From contig NIVC01000462.1 in NCBI GenBank assembly GCA_002269645.1, positions 401,516 through 465,515 of the forward strand: a DNA stretch of 64,000 nucleotides, given 5' to 3'. The stretch comes from Macrostomum lignano (lineage: Eukaryota). Made by a program: the position numbers and the translations under genes. The notes under the pieces were generated by a model. The model was not told the origin of the DNA and ran no database searches. It was given only the letters and a program-made list of their open reading frames with translations. Positions 11,940 to 25,315 of the stretch are shown piece by piece (position 1 is the stretch's first letter; each line of letters starts with the position of its first letter).

Positions 11940-13340
11940 ATCCTCTATCCATCCTTATCTCTATCCATCCTTATCTCTATCCATCCTTATCTCTATTCAT
12001 TCTTATCTCTATCCATCCTTATCTCTATCCATTCTTATCTCTATCCATTCTTATCTGTATCCATTCTTATCTCTATCCATCCTTATCTCTATCCATCCTT
12101 ATCTCTATCCATTCTTATCTCTATCCATTCTTATCTGTATCCATCCTTATCTCTATCCATTCTTATCTCTATCCATTCTTATCTGTATCCATTCTTATCT
12201 CTATCCATCCTTATCTCTATCCATCCTTATCTCTATCCATTCTTATCTCTATCCATCCTTATCTCTATTCATCCTTATCTCTATCCATCCTTATCTCTAT
12301 CCATTCTTATCTCTATCCATCCTTATCTATATCCATTCTTATCTCTATTCATCCTTATCTCTATTCATCCTTATCTCTATCCATCCTTATCTATATCCAT
12401 CCTTATCTCTATTCATCCTTATCTCTATTCATCCTTATCTCTATCCATTCTTATCTCTATCCATTCTTATCTCTATCCATCCTTATCTATATCCATCCTT
12501 ATCTCTATTCATCCTTATCTATATCCATCCTTATCTATATCCATCCTTATCTCTATTCATCCTTATCTCTATCCATTCTTATCTATATCCATCCTTATCT
12601 ATATCCATCCTTATCTCTATTCATCCTTATCTCTATCCATTCTTATCTCTATCCATCCTTATCTCTATCCATTCTTATCTCTATCCATTCTTATCTCTAT
12701 CCATTCTTATCTCTATCCATTCTTATCTCTATCCATTCTTATCTCTATCCATCCTTATCTCTATTCATCCTTTTCTGTATCCATTCTTATCTCTATCCAT
12801 TCTTATCTATATTCATCCTTATCTCTATCCATCCTTATCTCTATCCATCCTTATCTCTATCCATTCTTATCTCTATCCATCCTTATCTCTATCCATCCTT
12901 ATCTGTATCCATTCTTATCTCTATCCATCCTTATCTCTATTCATCCTTATCTCTATCCATTCTTATCTCTATCCATCCTTATCTCTATCCATCCTTATCT
13001 GTATCCATTCTTATCTCTATCCATCCTTATCTCTATCCATCCTTATCTATATTCATCCTTATCTCTATCCATCCTTATCTCTATCCATTCTTATCTCTAT
13101 CCATCCTTATCTCTATCCATCCTTATCTGTATCCATTCTTATCTCTATCCATTCTTATCTATATTCATCCTTATCTCTATCCATCCTTATCTCTATCCAT
13201 TCTTATCTCTATTCATCCTTATCTCTATCCATCCTTATCTCTATCCATCCTTATCTCTGTCTATCCTTATCTCTATCTATCTTTTTTCTCTATCCATTTA
13301 CATTTGATTCTATTCATCTATCCTCATTATCCTCTATCCA
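11940..13340. repeat. 16-bp minisatellite (ATCCTTATCTCTATCC)n
   Basis: Read directly. Confidence 0.95.
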
Positions 13341-14277
13341 TTAATCTATGCAGCTTTAAAAACGCATTTTTTTAATTTTTTTTTGCCTACTCATATAAGT
13401 AGTGCAGAAAGTAAATGATTTTTTTTTTAAAGAACATACTCGTAGTTCCTTAAACAATAGTATCATTGAGACTTGGCTGGAAAATATGTTGTTTATAAGC
13501 ATGGGTTTATTGTTCCAATGTTTCTTGCTTGTTTGAAGATTGCTCCTTTGCAAAAGGATAAAGATCAATTCCGAACTCGATTGCATTGCTCAGCGAAAGC
13601 GGTCAGTCAGAGCACAACTGTACAAGCCCAAGGGTTAAACAACGAAAAGCAACACACCTGTTGCGATAGCGCAAATTTACAGAAAGAACATTTAGAAGTC
13701 ACTGGTTTTACGTTAAGGACAAGCACAAAAAGTTAAGCATATTCTTGTCGAGGTAATCAGTGGTTTAAGCATTTTTAGCAATGCCATACACCATTGGGGG
13801 GGGGGGTAGTGCGCTGAGGTACAAGAAGAAGGTGCAGGAACTTTGTACAGACTTTAACAGACGTGAGTCATAAAAAATAAATATATAGATAAATAATTAG
13901 ACAATATTGTAGTTCCAAACAAGAGTGAAAACTTCGCTCCAGTTGGTTTGGAACAGTCGGATAACCAGTGCAGAAACTCGTGGAGATTAGCTGAACTCTT
14001 TAAAAAGTTGACTTTGTTTGACAGCTACATAGTGTTTGATTGACAAGTGCTGATTTGACAGAAAGTGGCGAGTGGGCGTTTGCATTCGCGAGATTTATAG
14101 CCGAATAATCATAAATACGCGAGTAGTTATCGGTTCGTCTTATCAAGCTGAGTTAGTGGACTCGCGAGTCAGGCCTCTATCAAGTGAATTGGTCAAAAAT
14201 AATGTGCTAAATGATTTGGATGAAGAATTAAAATATTTTTATGCTCTTATAACCTCTAGGATCCGCATTAATAGACC

Positions 14278-14875
14278 ACTGTCAGAGTGTCTGATGAATC
14301 TGTCAGGCAGTTCTGTCAGAAGATGAATCTGTCAGGCAGTTCTGTCAGAAGATGAATCTGTCAGACAGTTCTGTCAGAAGACGAATCTGTCAGACAGTTC
14401 TGTCAGAAGATGAATCTGTCAGACAGTTCTGTCAGGAGACGAATCTGTCAGACAGTTCTGTCAGAAGACGAATCTGTCAGACAGTTCTGTCAGAAGACGA
14501 ATCTGTCAGACAGTTCTGTCAGAAGACGAATCTGTCAGACAGTTCTGTCAGGAGACGAATCTGTCAGACAGTTCTGTCAGGAGACGAATCTGTCAGACAG
14601 TTCTGTCAGGAGACGAATCTGTCAGACAGTTCTGTCAGGAGACGAATCTGTCAGACAGTTCTGTCAGAAGATGAATCTGTCAGACAGTTCTGTCAGAAGA
14701 TGAATCTGTCAGACAGTTCTGTCAGAAGATGAATCTGTCAGACAGTTCTGTCAGGAGACGAATCTGTCAGACAGTTCTGTCAGAAGACAGTTCTGTCAGG
14801 AGATTAATCTGTCAGGCAGTTCTGTCAGAAGATGAATCTGTCAGACAGTTCTGTCAGGAGACGAATCTGTCAGAC
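14278..14875. repeat. 29-bp minisatellite (GAATCTGTCAGACAGTTCTGTCAGAAGAC)n directly 3' of the Ack stop codon
   Basis: About 20 units; ends about 10 nt from the stop codon at 14884. Confidence 0.95.
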
Positions 14876-14883
14876 ATGATCGG

Positions 14884-15840
14884 TCAGTGGCTCTCGGAGC
14901 GGCAGAGTCGCTGCCTGCTGAGCTGCTGCACCACCGAGTCCAGCTTCCAGTTGTGCATCTCCAGCAGCCGGCTGCATCGCTGCCTGTCACAGACGCCCCA
15001 TCTGAAGAGCTGCTCAACTTTGAGGTACCTGGCCGCGCGCTCCGTGTCCCAGTGGTGCAGGCTGAGCGCCAGGTAGCTCTCCTCGTCCGTGACGCCGAAC
15101 ACCTCGGCGGTCACCCGGTGCACCAGCTCGAGCGGGGTGCAGCCCGGACCGCAGAATGACATCGGCTCGCAGCAGGAATGATCCGACGCGCTGGACGACG
15201 ACAGCCGCTGCTCGTCCAGCTGCTGATGTTTCCGACGCGGCGGCAGAACCCAGTAGATGTCCTCTGACAGCTGGCGCCCGTTGCGAACGATTGGGAGAAT
15301 TCGAGGGCGCTGCGTTGAGATCAGCGAGGACTGCTGCTGCTGCTGCTGCTGCTGGTCTCCGGTGCCGGTGGACAGCGACCTCCGGCAGGCGCATCTCGCC
15401 ATAGCGGAGGTCGGCGCTCGCTGAAAATCGTTCGACTCGTCGTGGTGATGGTTGAGAATGGAGCAGAGGTCGCTGCTAGCTGGCGAGTCGGGCAGCTGCA
15501 GAGACGTCCTCGGCGTCAGGTCGACTGAGTCACCGCCGCCGGCTCTGCTGCCTCCACCGACGAGCGACAGTTGCAGCCTGGGCGGCAGCGGCACCGGGGT
15601 TGTCGGCCTGGACCAGTTGCTGGCCGTCGATGCTGACGACGGCTTCTTCTGGTGTCTCTGCAGCTGCTGCTTTCGGTGCAGCGCCTCGTAGCTCACGTAG
15701 CTGCTGTCGGTTGAAGAGTCCAGAAAGTCCGCGTCACTGGCCGAGCCGCAGGACATCTGAGACGAAGACTCTCTGTTGCCCATGACCGAGTCTTCGTCCT
15801 GCGAGTTGAAATTTTGAGTCGAAATGTTATTGCTGAGCAC
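14884..15840 (-). CDS. ack: Terminal exon of an Ack/TNK2-family non-receptor tyrosine kinase (Mig6-homology EGFR-binding region plus UBA domain); 5' boundary uncertain
   Basis: [24 protein letters not shown] resembles ACK1/MIG6 [78 protein letters not shown] resembles the ACK1 C-terminal UBA region (YLKVEQLF). In-frame TAA at 15841-15843 limits the exon; possible acceptors give exon starts at 15832 or 15799. Confidence 0.85.
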   Translation of the reverse strand: [318 protein letters not shown]

Positions 15841-16874
15841 TTAGATCTCTGTGTGTGCGTGTAACCTATATCGGAGAGAACGAGCTGCTATCTGCGGAAA
15901 CACTGTCTCTGAATCAAGATAAGGCCGCCTTTGAGCAGTGAGAAGGTCTCATACCTAAGAACTTCAGCTTGCGCGTGAGAATCTGGTCCAAATCTTGAAT
16001 AAAAACTGCTCACGTTTCTAGTTGGAGTTGGAGTTGGAGATTTTCGTTCTGTTTTTTTACACTGAGTTCACTTTGGCCATAGAGGTCAGTTTTACAGTAA
16101 GATTACAGTTTTACAATCATGAGCAGTTGCTCACTTCATTCGGGCGGCCTTATTGACAAATAAATTCTAATTAGGCAATAAAAAACTTTATTAGTCTGTT
16201 GTCAAATATGGCCGAGCACTCACCGGATTTGAAGACGCACAGATAATGGCGCAAATGTTGAGTTGAGCTCTGTCTAGTTCTATTCAACAGAACTGTTTTT
16301 CTACTCTCTAGGCGAATCTGGCTCGAAATGAGTGTTATTATTGACCTATTGTGAGGCCTGCCTATGCACTATTGCTATGCTTGCCCTATCACCCAATGCG
16401 CCATTCATTGGCTTTATATGGGAGGCAGTGGAAAGCATGGCTTGACAATATCGCTAGAAGGAGAGAGTCTGGGCCAATGCGGTCGCTACTCCACCTTGGG
16501 GTTGGTTGCTGCTCACGGGGCTCGGGGCTTCCAGTTCGGGCGAAAAGAAGGGCAAGCCGAGCGCAAAAGATAAACGACAGACTGCCAGTAAGGCTTGAAT
16601 TTGAATTACCAAAGGCAGCAAGTAGAAGGACCAATTGTGTGCGACTCCACTCTTGGCGAGTGTGTGTGCGTTTTTCTTGTCATTTTCTTGCTTCTCTCCA
16701 CGTCTTCATTGCTTTCCTGTTCCTGTGTGTCTCATTCAGCCTTTCTTTCTATGCTAGGTGTAAGAGACTCCATTGTTACCGAACTGGTTCAGTGCTCAAG
16801 TCGCGTGATCTCAACTCAGTAAGAAGCTGAGCATGATTATCATTCTCTTGATTGCATTCACTACTTATTATAAT

Positions 16875-19800
16875 AACTGTCTGATCCCATATCTACTCAT
16901 TCTAGTGTCTGATCTGATCTCTACTCATTCTAGTGACTGTCTGATCTGATCTCTACCCATTCTAGTGACTGTCTGATCTCATCTCTACTCATTCTAGTGA
17001 CTGTCTGATCTCATCTCTACTCATTCTAGTGACTGTCTGATCTCATCTCTACCCATTCTAGTGACTGTCTGATCTCATCTCTACTCATTCTAGTGACTGT
17101 CTGATCTCATCTCTACTCATTCTAGTGACTGTCTGATCTCATCTCTACCCATTCTAGTGACTGTCTGATCTCATCTCTACTCATTCTAGTGACTCTCTGA
17201 TCTCATCTCTACTCATTCTAGTGACTGTCTGATCTCATCTCTACTCATTCTAGTGACTGATCTCATCTCTACTCATTCTAGTGTCTGATCTCATCTCTAC
17301 TCATTCTAGTGACTGTCTGATCTCATCTCTACCCATTCTAGTGACTGTCTGATCTGATCTCTACTCATTCTAGTGTCTGATCTCATCTCTACTCATTCTA
17401 ATGTCTGATCTCATCTCTACTCATTCTAGTGACTGTCTGATCTGATCTCTACCCATTCTAGTGACTGTCTGATCTCATCTCTACTCATTCTAGTGACTGT
17501 CTGATCTCATCTCTACTCATTCTAGTGACTGTCTGATCTCATCTCTACCCATTCTAGTGACTGTCTGATCTCATCTCTACTCATTCTAGTGACTGTCTGA
17601 TCTCATCTCTACTCATTCTAGTGACTGATCTCATCTCTACTCATTCTAGTGTCTGATCTCATCTCTACTCATTCTAGTGACTGTCTGATCTCATCTCTAC
17701 CCATTCTAGTGACTGTCTGATCTGATCTCTACTCATTCTAATGTCTGATCTCATCTCTACTCATTCTAGTGTCTGATATCATCTCTTTTTAGTGACTGTC
17801 TGATCTGATCTCTACTCATTCTAGTGTCTGATCTGATCTCTACTCATTCTAGTGTCTGATCTGATCTCTACTCATTCTAGTGTCTGATCTCATCTCTACT
17901 CATTCTAATGTCTGATCTCATCTCTACTCATTCTAGTGACTGTCTGATCTCATCTCTACCCATTCTAGTGACTGTCTGATCTCATCTCTACCCATTCTAG
18001 TGACTGTCTGATCTGATCTCTACTCATTCTAGTGTCTGATCTGATCTCTACTCATTCTAGTGTCTGATCTCATCTCTACTCATTCTAATGTCTGATCTCA
18101 TCTCTACTCATTCTAGTGACTGTCTGATCTCATCTCTACCCATTCTAGTGACTGTCTGATCTCATCTCTACTCATTCTAGTGTCTGATCTCATCTCTACT
18201 CATTCTAATGTCTGATCTCATCTCTACTCATTCTAGTGACTGTCTGATCTGATCTCTACTCATTCTAGTGTCTGATCTCATCTCTACTCATTCTAGTGAC
18301 TGTCTGATCTCATCTCTACCCATTCTAGTGACTGTCTGATCTCATCTCTACTCATTCTAGTGACTGTCTGATCTCATCTCTACTCATTCTAGTGACTGTC
18401 TGATCTCATCTCTACTCATTCTAGTGTCTGATCTCATCTCTACTCATTCTAATGTCTGATCTCATCTCTACTCATTCTAGTGACTGTCTGATCTGATCTC
18501 TACTCATTCTAGTGTCTGATCTGATCTCTACTCATTCTAGTGTCTGATCTCATCTCTACTCATTCTAGTGACTGTCTGATCTCATCTCTACTCATTCTAG
18601 TGACTGTCTGATCTGATCTCTACTCATTCTAGTGTCTGATCTCATCTCTACTCATTCTAGTGTCTGATATCATCTCTTTTTAGTGACTGTCTGATCTCAT
18701 CTCTACTCATTCTAGTGTCTGATATCATCTCTTTTTAGTGACTGTCTGATCTGATCTCTACTCATTCTAGTGTCTGATATCATCTCTTTTTAGTGACTGT
18801 CTGATCTCATCTCTACTCATTCTAGTGTCTGATATCATCTCTTTTTAGTGACTGTCTGATCTCATCTCTACTCATTCTAGTGTCTGATCTCATCTCTACT
18901 CATTCTAGTGACTGTCTGATCTGATCTCTACTCATTCTAGTGTCTGATCTCATCTCTACTCATTCTAGTGTCTGATATCATCTCTTTTTAGTGACTGTCT
19001 GATCTCATCTCTACTCATTCTAGTGTCTGATATCATCTCTTTTTAGTGACTGTCTGATCTGATCTCTACTCATTCTAGTGTCTGATATCATCTCTTTTTA
19101 GTGACTGTCTGATCTCATCTCTACTCATTCTAGTGTCTGATATCATCTCTTTTTAGTGACTGTCTGATCTCATCTCTACTCATTCTAGTGTCTGATCTCA
19201 TCTCTACTCATTCTAGTGTCTGATCTGATCTCTACTCATTCTAGTGTCTGATCTGATCTCTACTCATTCTAGTGTCTGATCTGATCTCTACTCATTCTAG
19301 TGTCTGATCTCATCTCTACTCATTCTAATGTCTGATCTCATCTCTACTCATTCTAGTGACTGTCTGATCTCATCTCTACTCATTCTAGTGTCTGATCTGA
19401 TCTCTACTCATTCTAGTGTCTGATCTCATCTCTACTCATTCTAGTGACTGTCTGATCTCATCTCTACTCATTCTAGTGACTGTCTGATCTGATCTCTACT
19501 CATTCTAGTGTCTGATCTCATCTCTACTCATTCTAGTGTCTGATATCATCTCTTTTTAGTGACTGTCTGATCTCATCTCTACTCATTCTAGTGTCTGATA
19601 TCATCTCTTTTTAGTGACTGTCTGATCTGATCTCTACTCATTCTAGTGTCTGATATCATCTCTTTTTAGTGACTGTCTGATCTCATCTCTACTCATTCTA
19701 GTGTCTGATATCATCTCTTTTTAGTGACTGTCTGATCTCATCTCTACTCATTCTAGTGTCTGATCTCATCTCTACTCATTCTAGTGTCTGATCTGATCTC

Positions 19801-22755
19801 TACTCATTCTAGTGTCTGATCTGATCTCTACTCATTCTAGTGTCTGATCTGATCTCTACTCATTCTAGTGTCTGATCTCATCTCTACTCATTCTAATGTC
19901 TGATCTCATCTCTACTCATTCTAGTGACTGTCTGATCTCATCTCTACCCATTCTAGTGACTGTCTGATCTCATCTCTACCCATTCTAGTGACTGTCTGAT
20001 CTGATCTCTACTCATTCTAGTGTCTGATCTGATCTCTACTCATTCTAGTGTCTGATCTCATCTCTACTCATTCTAATGTCTGATCTCATCTCTACTCATT
20101 CTAGTGACTGTCTGATCTCATCTCTACCCATTCTAGTGACTGTCTGATCTCATCTCTACTCATTCTAGTGTCTGATCTCATCTCTACTCATTCTAATGTC
20201 TGATCTCATCTCTACTCATTCTAGTGACTGTCTGATCTGATCTCTACCCATTCTAGTGACTGTCTGATCTCATCTCTACTCATTCTAGTGACTGTCTGAT
20301 CTGATCTCTACTCATTCTAGTGTCTGATCTCATCTCTACTCATTCTAGTGACTGTCTGATCTCATCTCTACCCATTCTAGTGACTGTCTGATCTCATCTC
20401 TACTCATTCTAGTGACTGTCTGATCTCATCTCTACTCATTCTAGTGACTGTCTGATCTCATCTCTACTCATTCTAGTGTCTGATCTCATCTCTACTCATT
20501 CTAATGTCTGATCTCATCTCTACTCATTCTAGTGACTGTCTGATCTGATCTCTACTCATTCTAGTGTCTGATCTGATCTCTACTCATTCTAGTGTCTGAT
20601 CTCATCTCTACTCATTCTAGTGACTGTCTGATCTCATCTCTACTCATTCTAGTGACTGTCTGATCTGATCTCTACTCATTCTAGTGTCTGATCTCATCTC
20701 TACTCATTCTAGTGTCTGATATCATCTCTTTTTAGTGACTGTCTGATCTCATCTCTACTCATTCTAGTGACTGTCTGATCTAATCTCTACTCATTCTAGT
20801 CACTGTCTGATCTGATCTCTACTCATTCTAGTGTCTGATCTCATCTCTACTCATTCTAGTGTCTGATCTCATCTCTACTCATTCTAGTGACTGTCTGATC
20901 TGATCTCTACTCATTCTAGTGTCTGATCTCATCTCTACTCATTCTAATGTCTGATCTCATCTCTACTCATTCTAGTGACTGTCTGATCTCATCTCTACTC
21001 ATTCTAGTGTCTGATCTGATCTCTACTCATTCTAGTGTCTGATCTCATCTCTACTCATTCTAGTGACTGTCTGATCTCATCTCTACTCATTCTAGTGACT
21101 GTCTGATCTGATCTCTACTCATTCTAGTGTCTGATCTCATCTCTACTCATTCTAGTGTCTGATATCATCTCTTTTTAGTGACTGTCTGATCTCATCTCTA
21201 CTCATTCTAGTGTCTGATATCATCTCTTTTTAGTGACTGTCTGATCTGATCTCTACTCATTCTAGTGTCTGATATCATCTCTTTTTAGTGACTGTCTGAT
21301 CTCATCTCTACTCATTCTAGTGTCTGATATCATCTCTTTTTAGTGACTGTCTGATCTCATCTCTACTCATTCTAGTGTCTGATCTCATCTCTACTCATTC
21401 TAGTGTCTGATCTGATCTCTACTCATTCTAGTGTCTGATCTGATCTCTACTCATTCTAGTGTCTGATCTGATCTCTACTCATTCTAGTGTCTGATCTCAT
21501 CTCTACTCATTCTAATGTCTGATCTCATCTCTACTCATTCTAGTGACTGTCTGATCTCATCTCTACCCATTCTAGTGACTGTCTGATCTCATCTCTACCC
21601 ATTCTAGTGACTGTCTGATCTGATCTCTACTCATTCTAGTGTCTGATCTGATCTCTACTCATTCTAGTGTCTGATCTCATCTCTACTCATTCTAATGTCT
21701 GATCTCATCTCTACTCATTCTAGTGACTGTCTGATCTCATCTCTACCCATTCTAGTGACTGTCTGATCTCATCTCTACTCATTCTAGTGTCTGATCTCAT
21801 CTCTACTCATTCTAATGTCTGATCTCATCTCTACTCATTCTAGTGACTGTCTGATCTGATCTCTACCCATTCTAGTGACTGTCTGATCTCATCTCTACTC
21901 ATTCTAGTGACTGTCTGATCTGATCTCTACTCATTCTAGTGTCTGATCTCATCTCTACTCATTCTAGTGACTGTCTGATCTCATCTCTACCCATTCTAGT
22001 GACTGTCTGATCTCATCTCTACTCATTCTAGTGACTGTCTGATCTCATCTCTACTCATTCTAGTGACTGTCTGATCTCATCTCTACTCATTCTAGTGTCT
22101 GATCTCATCTCTACTCATTCTAATGTCTGATCTCATCTCTACTCATTCTAGTGACTGTCTGATCTGATCTCTACTCATTCTAGTGTCTGATCTGATCTCT
22201 ACTCATTCTAGTGTCTGATCTCATCTCTACTCATTCTAGTGACTGTCTGATCTAATCTCTACTCATTCTAGTGACTGTCTGATCTGATCTCTACTCATTC
22301 TAGTGTCTGATCTCATCTCTACTCATTCTAGTGTCTGATATCATCTCTTTTTAGTGACTGTCTGATCTCATCTCTACTCATTCTAGTGACTGTCTGATCT
22401 AATCTCTACTCATTCTAGTCACTGTCTGATCTGATCTCTACTCATTCTAGTGTCTGATCTCATCTCTACTCATTCTAGTGTCTGATATCATCTCTTTTTA
22501 GTGACTGTCTGATCTCATCTCTACTCATTCTAGTGACTGTCTGATCTCATCTCTACTCATTCTAGTGACTGTCTGATCTCATCTCTACTCATTCTAGTGA
22601 CTGTCTAATCTAATCTCTACTCATTCTAGTGACTGTCTGATCTCATCTCTACTCATTCTAGTGACTGTCTGATCTCATCTCTACTCATTCTAGTGACTGA
22701 TCTCATCTCTACTCATTCTAGTTGTCTGATGTATTCTCTACTCATTCTAGTGTAG
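16875..22755. repeat. 5.9-kb satellite of 25/29-bp units (TCTGATCTCATCTCTACTCATTCTAGTG[ACTG]) with higher-order duplications
   Basis: Read directly; variant unit TGATATCATCTCTTTTTAGTG marks the repeated blocks. Confidence 0.97.
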
Positions 22756-23599
22756 TCTTACTAATTTTGAGAACTTGAGCAGACAGAACTGCAGTGCAGA
22801 TGCCCAGTCTCTCGCCATCACTTCTCTCCCAGACTCACTTTCATCACCCTGGTCTCTAATGGGCGCTCTAGCCCACCCACTGCATCATGAGTTTACCCGC
22901 CTTTCACTTTGCAAGCATGTGTTTTGCTTGAATACAAACATTCAAAACTCCAATGCCAACGCACTCAGCCTGAACCCTGTATTATTGCCCTTCTCCTATC
23001 TTCTGCTTTTTGTTCTCTGCTCAAATTTCCTGCTCAGCGGGGCAGCAGCAGCTCCTTTGCCTTGCAATCAGCTCTGCAAGCTCGACTAGTTATCTGTCTT
23101 TATCTCTCTCGCGCCCCCCTGTGCCGTGTGCATAATTAAGCAAGAAAGAAAATTGAATTTTCGGCTGGGCAAAAAAGTGGCCATGTGAGTTGCTGCTCTG
23201 CGCTACTCTGCTCTGCTCTAGTCTCAGAGTAGATTTTGTCACGAACCTTGAGCTGTAAATTTGAGATGAACAGCTGGAGTGAGAGATCGGGTTGGCGGGT
23301 TTACCAGTAAACGAGTACGTGGGGCCACTGCAGTGAGCACAAGGGCTGCAGAGACACTTTTATGGCTGGCTTTTGCTTGGAGAATTGCCAATTCAATGGG
23401 TATAATAGCTCACAGGCAAAGGGAATGTAATTAGTTAAATATTGCAGGTCATTTCTTCACACTGTGCAAAGCTGTTTGTTGGGGGTAATTCCCTGTTTAA
23501 TGTGAAATGGAACCTGTTAAAATGAAGATCACTATCTTGTTAAACAGGTCACTCTTTAGATTTGTGAATGCTCACTCCCTGTTTCACGTTACTTTCTTG

Positions 23600-24420
23600 G
23601 TTTGAAGGTCACTATCGAAGTGTGAAGGTCACTCTGTAAGTGTGAAAGTCACTATAGAAATGTGAAGGCCAATCTGTAAGTGTGAAAGTCACTATAGAAA
23701 TGTGAAGGCCAATCTGTAAGTGTGAAAGTCACTATAGAAATGTGAAGGCCACTCTGTAAGTGTGAAAGTCACTATAGAAATGTGAAGGTCTCTCTGTAAG
23801 TGTGAAAGTCACTATAGAAATGTGAAGGTCTCTCTGTAAGTGTGAAAGTCACTATAGAAATGTGAAGGCCAATCTGTAAGTGTGAAGGTCACTATAGAAA
23901 TGTGAATGCCACTCTGTAAGTGTGAAAGTCACTATAGAAATGTGAAGGTCTCTCTGTAAGTGTGAAAGTCACTATAGAAATGTGAAGGCCACTCTGTAAG
24001 TGTGAAGGTCACTATAGAAATGTGAAGGCCACTCTGTAAGTGTGAAAATCACTATAGAAATGTGAAGGCCACTCTGTAAGTGTGAAAGTCACTATAGAAA
24101 TTTGAAGGCCACTCTGTAAGTGTGAAGGTCACTATAGAAATGTGAAGGCCACTCTGTAAGTGTGAAAGTCACTATAGAAATGTGAAGGCCACTCTGTAAG
24201 TGTGAAAGTCACTATAGAAATGTGAAGGCCACTCTGTAAGTGTGAAGGTCACTATAGAAATGTGAAGGCCACTCTGTAAGTGTGAAAGTCACTATAGAAA
24301 TGTGAAGGACACTCTGTAAGTGTGAAAGTCACTATAGAAATGTGAAGGCCAATCTGTAAGTGTGAAAGTCACTATAGAAATGTGAAGGCCACTCTGTAAG
24401 TGTGAAAGTCACTATAGAAA
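23600..24420. repeat. 40-bp (20+20 dimer) minisatellite GTGTGAAAGTCACTATAGAAATGTGAAGGCCACTCTGTAA
   Basis: Read directly. Confidence 0.95.
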
Positions 24421-25315
24421 TGTGAAAGTCAGTCTATAGTGTGAAGGTCAGTCTATAGTGTGAAGGTCAGTCTATAGTGTGAAGGTCAGTCTATAGTGTG
24501 AAGGTCAGTCTATAGTGTGAAGGTCAGTCTATAGTGTGAAGGTCAGTCTATAGTGTGAAAGGCACTATAGAAATGTGAAAGTCAGTCTATAGTGTGAAGG
24601 TCAGTCTATAGTGTGAAGGTCAGTCTATAGTGTGAAGGTCAGTCTATAGTGTGAAGGTCAGTCTATAGTGTGAAGGTCAGTGTATAGTGTGAAGGTCAGT
24701 CTATAGTGTGAAAGGCACTATAGAAATATGAAAGTCAGTCTATAGTGTGAAGGTCAGTCTATAGTGTGAAGGTCAGTCTATAGTGTGAAGGTCAGTCTAT
24801 AGTGTGAAGGTCAGTCTATAGTGTGAAAGTCAGTCTATAGTGTGAAGGTCAGTCTATAGTGTGAAGGTCAGTCTATAGTGTGAAGGTCAGTCTATAGTGT
24901 GAAGGTCAGTCTATAGTGTGAAAGGCACTATAGAAATATGAAAGTCAGTCTATAGTGTGAAGGTCAGTCTATAGTGTGAAGGTCAGTCTATAGTGTGAAG
25001 GTCAGTCTATAGTGTGAAGGTCAGTCTATAGTGTGAAGGTCAGTCTATAGTGTGAAGGTCAGTCTATAGTGTGAAGGTCAGTCTATAGTGTGAAGGTCAG
25101 TCTATAGTGTGAAGGTCAGTCTATAGTGTGAAGGTCAGTCTATAGTGTGAAGGTCAGTCTATAGTGTGAAGGTCAGTCTATAGTGTGAAGGTCAGTCTAT
25201 AGTGTGAAGGTCAGTCTATAGTGTGAAGGTCAGTCTATAGTGTGAAGGTCAGTCTATAGTGTGAAGGTCAGTCTATAGTGTGAAGGCCACTCTAAGTGTG
25301 AAAGTCACTATAAAA
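24421..25315. repeat. 19-bp minisatellite (GTGTGAAGGTCAGTCTATA)n
   Basis: Read directly; related to the adjacent 20-bp half-units. Confidence 0.95.

Noticed and set aside
14887-15785. ORFs overlapping the Ack exon on the plus strand or in other frames
   Set aside because: Shadow ORFs of GC-rich coding sequence; only the 14884-15840 minus frame has family motifs.
16875-22755. CRISPR-like array
   Set aside because: No unique spacers, eukaryotic context and no cas genes; it is a satellite.
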